DNA of 64,000 bases from positions 12,214,001-12,278,000 of the forward strand of contig OX597826.1 in assembly GCA_951406725.2 (NCBI GenBank). Direction: 5' to 3'. The notes under the pieces are model-generated. The model was not told the origin of the DNA and did not search any database. It saw nothing but the letters and a program-made list of their open reading frames with translations. Source of the stretch: Octopus vulgaris (Eukaryota). The position numbers and the translations under genes are program-made. Below are positions 12,376 to 24,932 of this stretch, piece after piece; position 1 is the first letter of the stretch, and each line of letters begins with the position of its first letter.

Positions 12376-13677
12376 TTCATCTATCCATCCATCCATCCAT
12401 CCATCCATCCATCCATCCATCCATCCATCCATCCAACCATCCATCCATCAATCCATCCATCCATCCATCCTTCCATCCATCCTTCCCTTCATACATACAT
12501 ACATACATATGTACTTGAATGTATACATCGACAGTTCAGCCAATGCACCAACGCGAACACTTATTTACATACTGGTCTCATCAGTTTGTTAGCCACCGTC
12601 TCGAATTTTCTCAAGTGCTTAAATAAAACTGGAAGAGAATACATGCATACATACATACATACCTACATAAATACATACATACATACGTACATAAATAAAT
12701 ACATACATACATACATAGTACATAAATACATAAATACATACATACATACATACATAAATACATACATACATACATACATACATAAATACATACATACATA
12801 CATACATACATACATACATACATACATAAATACATACATACATACATACATACATACATACATACATACATAAATACATACATACATACATACATACATA
12901 CATACATAAATACATACATACATACATACATACATACATACATACATACATAAATACATAAATACATACATACATACATACATAAATACATAAATACATA
13001 CATACATACATACATAAATACATACATACATACATACATACATACATACATACATAAATACATAAATACATACATACATACATACATAAATACATAAATA
13101 CATACATACATACATACATACATACATACATACATAAATACATAAATACATACATACATAAATACATACATACATACATAAATACATACATACATACATA
13201 CATACATAAATACATACATACATACATAAATACATAAATACATACATACATAAATACATACATACATACATACATACATACATACATAAATACATAAATA
13301 CATACATACATACATACATACATAAATACATACATACATACATACATACATACATACATAAATACATACATACATACATAAATACTTACATATATACATA
13401 CTTGCATACATAAATACATACATACATACAAACATGCATACATACATACATACACGCATACATAAATACATACATACATACATACATACATAGACACATA
13501 CATACATAAATACATACATACGTAAATACATACATACATAAATAAATACATACATACATACATAAATACATACATACATACATAAATACATACAAACATA
13601 CATACATAAATAAATACATACATACATAAATACATACATGCATACATACATAAATACATACATACATACATACATAA
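12376..13677. repeat. (CCAT)n tract followed by ~1 kb (TACA)n/(TAAA) tetranucleotide array
   Basis: Directly visible. A unique ~130-bp spacer at 12510-12640 is duplicated at 14290-14830. Confidence 0.97.
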
Positions 13678-14228
13678 GGTGGCTGCCCCCTCGTTATCGA
13701 GTATGGCTATTGCATGAAGCTTAATCAATGTTGTTATCGTGCAATGCCTGTGCAGGAAGATTTTATTTAAGTGGAGAAAAGTTGTGCACTGAGTCAATCC
13801 CACTCACGAAGCAACAGCAGCTATAATCCGAAAAGAAGAGCAAGTTAACATCATCGGTAACCACTGAGCCGCAGGTTTTATGTCGGAGTTATCCCAGTTA
13901 CCTGAGTTACCTTCTCCTAGAAGGATGCCCTAACAAAGCCTATGAGTCCTTCACTCCTAATGGTTTAACCGCGCGATCGGGTGTTCAGTCCGATTATTTC
14001 TATGTCCCCGCGCATGATACAACCTTAAGACATTTATTGGATGGCCGTTGACTCTCAAGAGTTCTGCCGCCCTTTGACGGCTTTTGTTTTTCATACAGCA
14101 GGGTGTCCAATAAACACCCTCCTCACCAAGCAAGCTTGGTGGGGTTGCCGGTTTAGTCGCCAACCACCGACCATGCAACAGGTTGTACTGGGTTACATGT
14201 TACCAGTAGCACTCAAAAGTGACCTGAC
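13678..14228 (-). mobile_element. RTE-derived non-autonomous retroelement (5' UTR joined to 3' tail)
   Basis: Minus strand contains GGGCATCCTTCTAGGAGAAGGTAACTC, resembling the conserved RTE/BovB 5' UTR motif. It is GC-rich and hairpin-dense, has no RT coding remnant, and its 3' end runs directly into (TATG)n. Confidence 0.6.
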
Positions 14229-14247
14229 ACATACATACATACATACA

Positions 14248-14281
<34 letters not shown>

Positions 14282-14327
14282 CATACATACATGTACTTGA
14301 ATGCATGCCTCGACAGTTCAGCCAATA

Positions 14328-14716
14328 CAAAAAAGAAAAATAAGGTAAATTTGAACCGTTAATGAACAGGTTTCTTTATGTTTTGGTAAACTGTACTAAA
14401 CAGTTTTCTTTTGTTTTTAAAAAAAGAAATTAAGAAAGAACAGTATAAACATTTATTGTAAAAGTTATAATAATAATAAGGCAGAGAACAAAGGAAACAG
14501 TCGTGGTTTCGACTCAGAGCAAATGTAGACGTTATCGAAAGGTTTAAGTGTAAAAAGGAATTCACTGTTTCATCTCGCAGCGGGGATGGGATGACCGTCT
14601 CGTTTGCATTATTTATCTATCATTTCACATATCATCCGTCATGTGTTTTATATTCCCGCATGTATATGCATGTCCCCTCTATATTTAGGCCTTGTGCCTG
14701 TAATAAAGAGAGAAAA
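14328..14716 (+). mobile_element. Unclassified 389-bp insertion with 13-bp TSD
   Basis: AGTTCAGCCAATA occurs at 14315-14327 and 14717-14729. An uninterrupted paralogous site lies at ~12510-12640. The 3' end resembles the family B SINE tail. Confidence 0.6.
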
Positions 14717-14890
14717 AGTTCAGCCAATATACAAAAGCAAACACTTATTTACATACTCGTCTCGTCACTTTGTTAGCAACTGTCTCGAATTTTCTCAAGA
14801 AGTACTTAAATAAAACTGAAAGAGCATACATTCATAGATACATACGTACATACATACATACATACATACATACATACATACATACATACA

Positions 14891-14921
<31 letters not shown>

Positions 14922-15611
14922 GTAGCAACTCCACCCAGCACAAAGCAATATCAGAGGACCGTGGTTTCTGAGTTGTTTCCCTACCTCAGCACAGAATAAC
15001 TGCTAAACTCCTGTTCGAAAATATATATATTTTTCCAAGTGACACACAGTCACTACGTGGTCATCAGTCTTGCAAAACAGTTTTTTTTTAATTGTCTCTG
15101 GATGTAGAGTTGCATGCTTACCTTTCCATGCACGCTACCATCTCTGAAACAAAGCAATGTAATTCCACGCTTTCTAGCGCGCTATTATCTTAGCTCGGTC
15201 CTCAAATGTCAAGCGACCGGCCATTCTTTGTTTGTCATTTAACGATACGCATTGCATACTCGTTCTTCACTTCAGTTTTATTACTGTTCTTATTACTATT
15301 CATATTTTAGTGTCCTTTGTCTGAAACCTTTCGTCACACATCCTGTGAACTCCTCAGCTTTTCTTTGTCTTCTCTCTCTCATTCTGCCTGAAATATGTGT
15401 ATGTGTGCCTTGTGTTTGTATTTGGATTTATGTATTATACTGTATTTAACTGTGTCTTTTTAAACGTAATATTTATATGTGTATGCATATAAGTGTATAT
15501 ATATATATATATATATATATATGAGCTATGTGTGTGTGTGCATGAGTGCGTGTGTATGTATGCGTGTGCATGTTTGTGTATGCAACTATCGTACAACTAT
15601 ATATATATATA

Positions 15612-15741
15612 AGAGTGATACCGGAATGGCCATAGCCAGTCTGAAAGAAGTGGCCCAGGATAGAAGTTACTGGAGGACACTGATCCAACGAGTAACCGAG
15701 AGTCGACTTCGACTGAGCGGATAGATAGGTAGATAGATAGA
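15612..15741 (+). mobile_element. RTE LINE 3' end
   Basis: Encodes DTGMAIASLKEVAQDRSYWRTLIQRVTESRLRLSG*, the RTE/BovB-type C-terminus (DR..WR...V..SR.RL), followed by a (GATA)n tail. Confidence 0.85.
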
Positions 15742-15811
15742 TCTTCTAACTTTTACAAGTTTTATGCATTGCATTGCAGCCATGCTGGGTGTTGTATCCT
15801 CCGTCTGCAAA

Positions 15812-16086
15812 TGTTGTGGTACCGCTACGATATTGTGACGGATGGCTTAAATACAGTGTACCAGTGTAGTGACAGTAAACAAGATAAGGATGCAGCCGTA
15901 ATAACAATGAAATGATCCAAGAATCTCTTCACGAACCAACAATCAATATTCAAAACAAACCAACTTCTGACTTCACTGCGATCTCAACTCGAACAAACAC
16001 ACAAACTCCACTCTGATCGCTACTATTTATATTCACTCGTTTTAGTCTATTTCTCACAAGGGTGCCTCGTGACTCTCATCACAACA
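15812..16086 (-). repeat. 3' LTR (275 bp) of the Gypsy element
   Basis: Bounded by TGTTGTG...CACAACA inverted termini and directly adjacent to the PPT (plus tctcctccctt, 16087-16097). Confidence 0.75.
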
Positions 16087-17002
16087 TCTCCTCCCTTTTG
16101 AGATCTCGATTTCCGTAAGAAGTGAAATTTATTTTCATTATTCCTTTTACAGCACTTCTCCTCCCTTTTTTTCTTTTAGAAAATTTAATATCTTTTTTGT
16201 TTTGGTACTATTTCTATGTGTACAGACTGTTTCCCTTTCCTACAGCTGTTTCTACGAGGCTCAGACCATTTCGGTGATGGCACTTCAAACATGTCATAGC
16301 AGACTTTTCAATACGTCTAATCTTTAATTGGTTTCGGTGTCTCTTATGTTTCCAACGTTGTCCCGGTCCATTGTCGGCCAATATACATAGCTCCTCATTA
16401 AGGCTTTCATTTTCGACATTCCCGAGCGTCCACTGTAGAATTCCTGCAATTATCAGTGCAGCTGGTACTACCACTCTTTGCGCCTACATTAAAACATCGT
16501 TGTATAGTGAAAAATTATTCGAATTTGTATTTTAACTTTCCTTATTTTTCAACGTTTCTTTCATTCTCGTAATGTAATTAGTCCGGGGTTTTATAATTTT
16601 ATATCATACGCTGTCACTGGCAGTTCGTTAATAATATTGCGCATAACTTACTGAATTAATTTTTTCTTCAATTCAGCTGCAGTGTTCTTTTCAATGGCGG
16701 GGCGGAAATTTAATTTTTTACAGTACCGGCTTATTGGTATAAGTCAAATAACTCCAACCAGTCGGTACCAAACAGAGTGGTTGCGTTTTTTACGACGAAA
16801 GCTTTCGCCCTGCACGTTTTTCCTCGAAATCTGACATCATTCAACATTTCACCTACAAAGTGAAGTTTGTTACCCGCCACGCCACGTGCAGCTTTCGCTG
16901 TTTTTCTTAACATAGGTTTCCCTATTTTCTTCCACGTGTCGGTGTTCATGATTGAAAGGTCACTACCAGTAACCAGTTGTAATTCAATATTTACTCCGTT
17001 TA

Positions 17003-17398
17003 AGGCGGCGAGCTGGCAGAAACGTTAGCACACCGGTCGAAATGTTTAGCGGTATTTCGTCTGCGGTTACGTTCTGAGTTCAAATTCCGCCGAGGTCGAC
17101 TTTGCCTTTCATCCTTTCGGGGTCGATTAAATAAGTACCAGTTACGCACTGGGGTCGATATAATCGGCTTAATCTGTTTGTCTGTCCTTGTTTGTCCTCT
17201 CTGTGTTTAGCCCTTTGTGGGCAGTAAAGAAATAGGTATTTCGTCTGTCTGTACGTTCTGAGTTCAAATTCCGCCGAGGTCAGCTATACGTTTCATCCTT
17301 TCGGGGACGATAAATTAAGTACCAGTTGCGTACTGGAGTCGATTTAATCGTCTGGCTCTTCCCTAAAAATTTCTGGCATTGTGTCTAGATTAGAAAAG
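17003..17398 (+). mobile_element. SINE family B, dimeric, nested in the Gypsy protease
   Basis: Head GGCGGCGAGCTGGCAGAA, B-box-like GAGTTCAAATTCC and Meta/MESC-like core GCCTTTCATCCTTTCGGGGTCGATAAA. 17-bp TSD at 16986-17002 and 17399-17415 (2 mismatches). Confidence 0.92.
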
Positions 17399-18624
17399 AA
17401 TATTCATTCCGTTTAGATTTACGTTTAAAAAGTTCCTTATTTGGGAGTCGAATTTACTTTCTGCTGAAAGGACTTTAAAATTTTTTGCATTTGACCTTCG
17501 TACTTTTTCAGCAGTGTGAAATCTTGTGTCCAAATTGTTGACAACTGTAACATTTTCGTTTCTTAAAAGGACAATATTTTCTAAAATGTAGGCCTCTACA
17601 TCTGTAACATGGATTATGATCTAGCAATCTTCTTTGGTTATACTTTCTCGGTCGACTTATCTGTATTTTTGCGAAATCCATTTTTTGATTTCTTTTTTAC
17701 GTGTTTCAGGTTCACCATCTTTGATGCATATCTGCAACAGTTTGCAGGGTTAAATCTTGATTCGCTTGTTCTAGTTTTGCCTAGTTTACGACAAGGTAAT
17801 GTAAGGTATGTGTTACTGCTCTTTCATTACTGTTTCCTTTGTTACAAGAGCGTTTGTGAAAAATAACTGAAGTCTGTTTCAATATTACAAACTGTTCGTC
17901 AATGCTAGGACAGAAAAAGGTATGAATTGCTTATAAAGCGCGCAGTGAGTAATGAGAAGAATAATTTGCGATGATTTAGTTACATATAGCTTACAGAAGC
18001 TTCCTTATAATAGTTAAATATATACCTACAGAAGCTTCCTTATAATAAACATTTATGACGCTACTATCTCTTTTATTTTCCAGCACTGTATTATCACTTA
18101 TAGATATATTATTCAGTGTGAGAGTTAACTGAGAAACTCGATTCGAAATATATTAATAATATATCTACGATATTATTCTTCGTAAAATGACAACAGACAA
18201 ACATTAATCTGATATATTGCTTTCTTAAAATTAAATAAATATTTTCAAAATATATATTGTCTACTGAGACGGCGGTGTCATCGATTCGCATTCGCATTCA
18301 AAAGCAGACTTATCGAATCATACTCATATCTGTACATATGTGTATGTTTTTAATTTTCTTTATCGTAGTTTGTACCCCCAGCTGGTTTTTTCTCTCTCTT
18401 TTGCTGCGTTTGTCTGTCTCTTCCAATCTTTTTGTCTCAATATATATCTCAGTGTGGGTTAATGTATGTACATATATATATATGAATGTGTGTGTGTGTG
18501 CGCGAGTACACATACATGCACACGCACACAACCACACACATAGAGTAATGTATCCACATATATAAATATATATATAGATTTCTATATGTGTATATCTATA
18601 TCTATCTATATGTACGAGTATGTG

Positions 18625-18686
<62 letters not shown>

Positions 18687-18705
18687 CATACATATATATA
18701 TATAC

Positions 18706-18893
18706 TCCTTCTTCCCTTCTTTCCTGAGCGTCCAATAATACTTTATTTGTTCCACGTCCTCGCGTTGTTGTGTTTTTTTTTGTTTTTTGTGTTTTCTTGT
18801 TTGGATTAACTTTATATACATACATATATATATATACATATATACACACATATACAGTCTAATGTATATATATATGCATGTAAACATATACTC

Positions 18894-18936
<43 letters not shown>

Positions 18937-19052
18937 GGAGTAAACACATAAATGTGAAACAAGGTGCAAAAAAGAGTACTCAAATACCAGGCCACAGCTC
19001 GTGAGCTGAAACTAGATAAAATAAAAATAAAATAAAATAAATAAGTAAATAA

Positions 19053-19130
<78 letters not shown>

Positions 19131-19470
19131 CTATATAGTTATATACGTGTGTATATGTATATATATATATGTGTGTGTTTTTTTTTCTGTGTCCCTTTCT
19201 GTAGAAGAGCGTAGGCTCGAAACGTAAAAGACTTTTTCTTTTCCTGAGCGTTGTACTAATACATCTGTTTGTTTTGTACACCACCTGTCTTCGTCTTTTG
19301 TTCTTTTTTTCGTAAACTCTCCCTATATATATACATGTATTTTTTACGAGACGCTCGATCCCCACCGTCATTTCCGCTTGGCTAACCACTCCACCTCCAA
19401 TACACCCGTTTTTCGCTTCGCCCTGCATCCTAGGATCCACAGGCTCCGATTCCGCCTGGAACAGCGTTAC
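18706..19470 (+). mobile_element. Penelope-like fragments among microsatellites (pLTR pieces plus GIY-YIG C-terminal remnant)
   Basis: tttcctgagcg...aata blocks at 18720 and 19240 are shared with 21460 and 62713. A degenerate hammerhead lies at 19195-19230. Positions 19366-19468 encode RHFRLANHSTSNTPVFRFALH...RFRLEQR, like PLE endonuclease ends. Confidence 0.55.
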
Positions 19471-19750
19471 ATATACATACACACGCACAAATACACGTAT
19501 GTCCAAACATATGAACGCACTTATATCAAACCAAACATATGAACGCACACATATCAAACCTGTACACATACACAGACATACATGCACTCACACACACACC
19601 CGCATAAACACACACATGCACACACGCGCATACACGCGCACACATACACGCACGCACACAGGAACACACATATACCTCCACACAAGCAACGTACACGCAC
19701 ACACAACATATACGTACGCTCACACACATACATATACAGGCACACACATA

Positions 19751-21008
19751 CAGGGGTTGGACAAAATAATGGAAACATAGCATCATAATTTCGAAATATC
19801 GAGAAAACCGTCAAAAGCTTGTTTATTTTCATGTTTTATGATTTACTATTAGTGTTGCTTAATATGTTTTGCTAAAATTGCTTTTTCTTTTCAGATATCG
19901 TCAGAAAAAGGTAATTAAAATTCATTAAAATGACAGATCTATCGGACTTTCAAAGAGGTCAAATTCTTGGGGATCGTATGGCAGGTGCTAGTGTAACGAA
20001 AACAGCCGAAATGTTTGGTGTATCATGAAGTACTGTATCGAAAGTAATGGCAGCCTTTCAGAAAGAGGGTAAAAACCTTGTCGAAGCAAAACTCCGGAAG
20101 AAAACTAAAACTTTCAGATGGGGACCGTCGGATTTCTACGCGGATTATTACAAAGGATCACAAAAGTACAGCTCACAAAATTACTGCAGAGCTTAATGAC
20201 CATCTCGAGAATCCAGTTTCCACAAAAGCTGTTTGCCGGGAGCTGCACAAAGCCGGATTTCACGGGAGGGCTGCAATCAGAAAACAACTACTTTCAAAAA
20301 CAAACGTTTCAAAGCGTTTAGAGTGGAGTAAAAACCTACACAATTGGTCCCTAGAGTAGTGGAAGAATGTTTTTTTTTTCTCAGAAACGTCATCCTTTAC
20401 CTTATATCTGACCACCGGCCGAGTATACATGTGGAGAGACCCAAAAGAAGCATTTGACTCTGACTGCCTTGTTCTAACTATTAAACATGGAGGAGGATCT
20501 GTGATGATCTGGGGGCTATATCTTGAAATCTGCCGGTCCAATGGTTTCCCTTCATGGCAAAATTAATAGTCGAGAGTAAGCATTTTATCTGATTAAATTC
20601 ATCCTATGCTTCCGGAACTGTTTCTGGAGAGAAACGCAATCTTTCAGGATGATAATGCACCAATTCACACAGCTAAAGTTGTTACTGAATGGTACGAGGG
20701 ACATCCTAGTGAAGTTGAACCTCTTATCTGGCCACCACATTCCTCAGATTTCATTATTATTGAAAATTTATGGTGCATTTTAGAAAAACAAGTAAGGAGT
20801 CAATATCCTCTACCATCATCACTATGAGAACTGGGGACTGTTTTAACTGAAGAATGAACAAAAATTCCTTTGTAAAAAATTCAAACTTTTTACGAGTCCA
20901 TACCTCGTAGAAGTTGAGCTGTAATTACTGCCAAAAGTGGTCCTACACCGTATTAAAGTAAATTTGTTTGAAATTTCAAGGTGTCTCCATTATTTTGTCC
21001 AACCCCTG
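19751..21008 (+). mobile_element. Full-length Tc1/mariner transposon, DD36E (Incomer-like), 1258 bp
   Basis: TA|CAGGGGTTGGACAAAATAATGGAAACA ... TGTCTCCATTATTTTGTCCAACCCCTG|TA: 27-bp TIRs (1 mismatch), TA TSD and an internal transposase. Confidence 0.95.
19930..20956 (+). pseudogene. Tc1-family transposase, inactivated
   Basis: MTDLSDFQRGQILG...; FQDDNAPIHTAK...WPPHSSDFIIIENLW with 36 residues between the second D and E; ends GPTPY*. Several stops and frameshifts. Confidence 0.93.
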
Positions 21009-21264
21009 TACTTCAAACTGCCATTCCTCTACGCACATATGAAGAGACACACAACTACACAAAGGACCAGCGCTCCTGTTACCATGCTGCTGAATTCTTC
21101 CTACAATATTGAGGCACAAACTTTACTCGCACACACACATACAAACAGCCAACACCACACAAACACCACACACACGACACATACACATATACATGCTATT
21201 ACACACACACAGAGACATACACAGACTTGCGCGAACGCACATACTCAAACACACACACACATAC

Positions 21265-21545
21265 CTCCTTCTCTTACACTCTCCTGGCTTAGAAAGAACT
21301 TCTTATTCACCCATTCCCTTTCGGTCATTTCAAAACGTAACCACATGCGAGTCGTTGGCGATGTTTTATCCACCGTGTTCCTTTTCAGTTGAACTTTCCC
21401 CTGTCTCCTGTTTATGAAGAAGAGCGTTTGCTCAAAACGTAAAACCACCTTTCTTTCGTTTCCTGAGCGGCTGCTAATACATTACATGTAGCACGTCCTC
21501 GAGTCTTTCTTATTTTCTTGTGTTCTTCGTTCTCTTGGATTTACT
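21265..21545 (+). mobile_element. Penelope-like pLTR remnant
   Basis: Degenerate hammerhead-like tttATGAAGA-AGAGCgtttGCTC-AAAACGTAaaa at ~21410-21445, and downstream similarity to 18720-18810. Confidence 0.5.
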
Positions 21546-21552
21546 ATACTTA

Positions 21553-21849
21553 CAGTGACCGACCAGGCTATCAGATGTTGCTACACATCGCTGGTCACAA
21601 TGCGCTTCGCATTGTTTTAGCCATCAAATGACGCCACCCCGCTGTCTAAGCGAGCAGGCGAACAGAAGAAAGAGTGAGAGAAAGTTGTAGAGAAAGAGTA
21701 CAGCAGGGATCGCCACCACCCGCTGCCGGAACATCGTGGAGCTTTAGGTGTTTTCGCTCAATAAACACTCACAATGCCCGGCCTGGGAATGGAAACCACG
21801 ATCCTACGCCCGCGAGTTTGCTGCCCTAACCATTGGGCCATTGGTCCAC
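21553..21849 (-). mobile_element. SINE family C head with tail type 1
   Basis: tRNA-like head shared with 28345; 10-bp TSD ACTATACTTA at 21543-21552 and 21850-21859. Confidence 0.88.
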
Positions 21850-21857
21850 ACTATACT

Positions 21858-21917
<60 letters not shown>

Positions 21918-22289
21918 CATACATACATACATACATCTCCCTCTCTCTCTTTCTCTCACTGTATATACGATACACACACAAAGTAAGTGTATGATAACCC
22001 GTTACATGGATTGCACGACTAATTGCTCTAAGGGTGCATGTGTCAGTGGAATGCTCAGCCATTTAGCATCAAGTTATTCACTTCATCGAACAACTGAATC
22101 ATCAACGTGCAGCGACGGAGAACCAGCACCATATTTATATATATATACATATAAATATATGGACATAGAGGCACACACATATTATTTCCATCTTTGCGCA
22201 TAATAAGAATATTTTCTCTGACAAAATCATAAACATTGTCTTTAAAAATACCTTCGTAAAATTCATGATGTCGTATTTTACGTTTTCTC

Positions 22290-22452
22290 CTTTACCTGTT
22301 TCAGTCATTAGACTACGGCCATGCTGGGTCAACGTCTTGAAGAATTTTATTCGAATTACTCACACCAGTACTTTTTAAAGCCTGGTACTTATTATATCGG
22401 TTCCTTAATTAAACCGTTAAGTTATGGGGTTACACACGCACACACAGACACA

Positions 22453-22531
<79 letters not shown>

Positions 22532-22920
22532 CAAGTTGATGAAATAATCCTTCAGCTATGTAATACATTTTTGTGCCTGCAAGCGCCTATATTATTGATT
22601 CTGTTATTATTATTTTCAAATTGTTATACTATATAATAATAGAGTCAATGATATCTTTGCAAATTATTTTTCATGAGTGATTTTTCTCGTATGTATGTAT
22701 CTCACCTCCTCTATCTCTCTCTCTCTCTCTCTTTCTCTGTATATATATATATACACACACACGAGTAACTTGCTTCAGTTTCTGTCTGCCAAATCCACTC
22801 ATAGGGTGTTGGTCGCCCCGTGGCCATATCAGAAATCACTTGCACAAGATGCCACGCAGATTAGAACCATTTAGTAGGGATGCACGCTTCTTACCACTCA
22901 GGTATGCCTACGCCTGCCAC
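22290..22920 (-). mobile_element. Two diverged SINE family A fragments (3' part ~22290-22530; 5' part ~22770-22920)
   Basis: Similarity to the reverse complement of family A. Confidence 0.65.
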
Positions 22921-23439
22921 GTATATATTTCACGAGCATATTCATATGATTAATTTAGATTTATTCAAATTTGCTATCATTGAAAATTCCATAGTTATTT
23001 TCTTAACTTTCTGTAATATAAAACTGAACAACTGTCAACAACTATTTTCCTCACTAACCTTAATTTGGACACTGCATTACCATGAGTTGCTATGGATCCT
23101 TGTAAACGCATGATCAACAGACCAACGAAGAAGTGATTTTGCGTGTCCATTGTAACTATTTATTTTCTGAAGTTTACAACCTTCATTTTATCCAACGGAC
23201 ACGCAAGTAGGGCACGTTTTCAGATAGTGAAAGCTTCAAAACACCAGGCTAATGGATTCTGAAGTGTTATTGTTCCAAAGCAGTCATTAAGAACTAATAA
23301 GGCAAAATGAAAAATACTTCATACTAAAGCTCAAACTCGAACATACTTGAGATTGCAATATAACATGTTAAAAAGACAGCAACCTGTTTTCTATTCACAC
23401 ACACACACATGCTCAGACACACATGCATATCTATCTTTT

Positions 23440-23640
23440 ATCGTTTATCTTTTGCGCGTCGAACAAAATACTCAGCGTCATTTATTCCGGCTCCTTACAT
23501 TCTGTGCTCAAATACTGCCATGCTCATCTTTACCTTTCATTTCTTTGGGCTCGCTGTACCAGTTAAATACTATGGTCGACGTAACCTACGTACGCTGTAG
23601 CATTAAAACTGCCGGTTTTGTGCCAAAACTCGATCGAATA
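23440..23640 (+). mobile_element. SINE family B, highly diverged
   Basis: acattctgtgctcaaatactgcc...tttacctttcatttctttggg...gtaccagtt matches the family B body. Confidence 0.5.
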
Positions 23641-24073
23641 ACTTAGTGTAATAAATTCAAGGTAGTTTACAGTTGTCAAAATGTACTGAAACAAGTTCGT
23701 TTATAAATTTATCATCTCAACGAAAGACTATATTTCCAGCTCTCGACCGTTTCTATGCTGGGGAATCACATAAGAAAGACGTTTAAATTATTTAGATAAC
23801 TCTGACAGCATAAGGGAATTGGTTGTGTTTTCTATTTTTCTTTTATGGTAAGTTTTAAAAGATTCATTGGTTACTTTCTTAGTGTTGTTTGCTCATAAAA
23901 CATAATCTTGACATTTCGAATGGGAGGTACGTGGTATTTAGGGAGAGAAATAAAACGATACACTGTATCTAAGCAAGAAATAAATAAACAACGAATTTTA
24001 AAGATATCACTCTCTTTCTCTCTCTCTGCCTCTATGTCTCCCTGTCTCTCACACACAAAGGGGTTCGCACGCA

Positions 24074-24175
<102 letters not shown>

Positions 24176-24343
24176 GTATGTATATATGTAAATATAAAAT
24201 ATATATATATATATATATGTATGTATATATGTAAATATAAATATATATATATATATATGTATGTATGTACATATGTATATATGTAAATATGAATATATAT
24301 ATATATATCTACACATATATATATGAACATACATATATATAAT

Positions 24344-24382
<39 letters not shown>

Positions 24383-24719
24383 CTGTCTCCTTCACTCACC
24401 TTAGGGATATCGGAAGGAGTTTTATCTTTTGGTGAGAATATTAATCAAATTGCTTTCAAGAGATAATAGTTAATTTTAAGATTTATGATCGTTTTGAAAC
24501 GTTTATATATTGGGGTTTTAAAGTTCATTCGAGTTCTAAAATGCAGAAAATGGCGCCTGCGAGAAACGGGAAATGGAAATGCGATTCTGCGATATAACTG
24601 CTTTTGCCTATTTTTGTTGTTGCTAGAAGTAGCTGTGGTAGTAATATTACTAGGACTAGTTGTGGGGGAGAAGAAGGTAGAGGAAGGGACAAAGAGAAGT
24701 ATTAATTTTAGTAAAAAAA

Positions 24720-24932
24720 AGGCAACGAGCTGGCAGAATCGTTAGCACGCCGGGCAAAATACTTAATAGCATTTCATCCGTCTTTAAGACCCGAGTTCAA
24801 ATTACGCCGAGGGCCACGTTGCCTTTTATCCTTCTGCGGGTCGATAAAATACGTACTAGTCGTGTACTCGGACATATGTAATCGAATTACCCGTCCTCAG
24901 AAAGTGCCGGCCTTGTGCCAAAATTTGAAATT
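24720..24932 (+). mobile_element. SINE family B monomer, diverged
   Basis: Head ggcaacgagctggcagaatcgttagcacgccgggc, core, and tail ggccttgtgccaaaatttgaaa. Confidence 0.8.

Larger units (their letters stand above)
15812..17790 (-). mobile_element. Ty3/Gypsy LTR retrotransposon remnant
   Basis: In minus-strand order: gag (QDLTLQTVA; CYRCRGLHFRKYCPFKKRKCYSCQQFGHKISHC at 17511-17609), aspartic protease (LQLVTGSDLSIM...LFGTDW, 16731-17000), integrase C-terminal tail (W..G.V...KRHRNQL, 16214-16474), polypurine tract AAGGGAGGAGA, then LTR. Confidence 0.88.

Noticed and set aside
12611-13803. 238-394-aa MYVC-repeat ORFs
   Set aside because: (TATG)n lacks stop codons; an artefact. The same applies to all YI, HT and CV-repeat ORFs.
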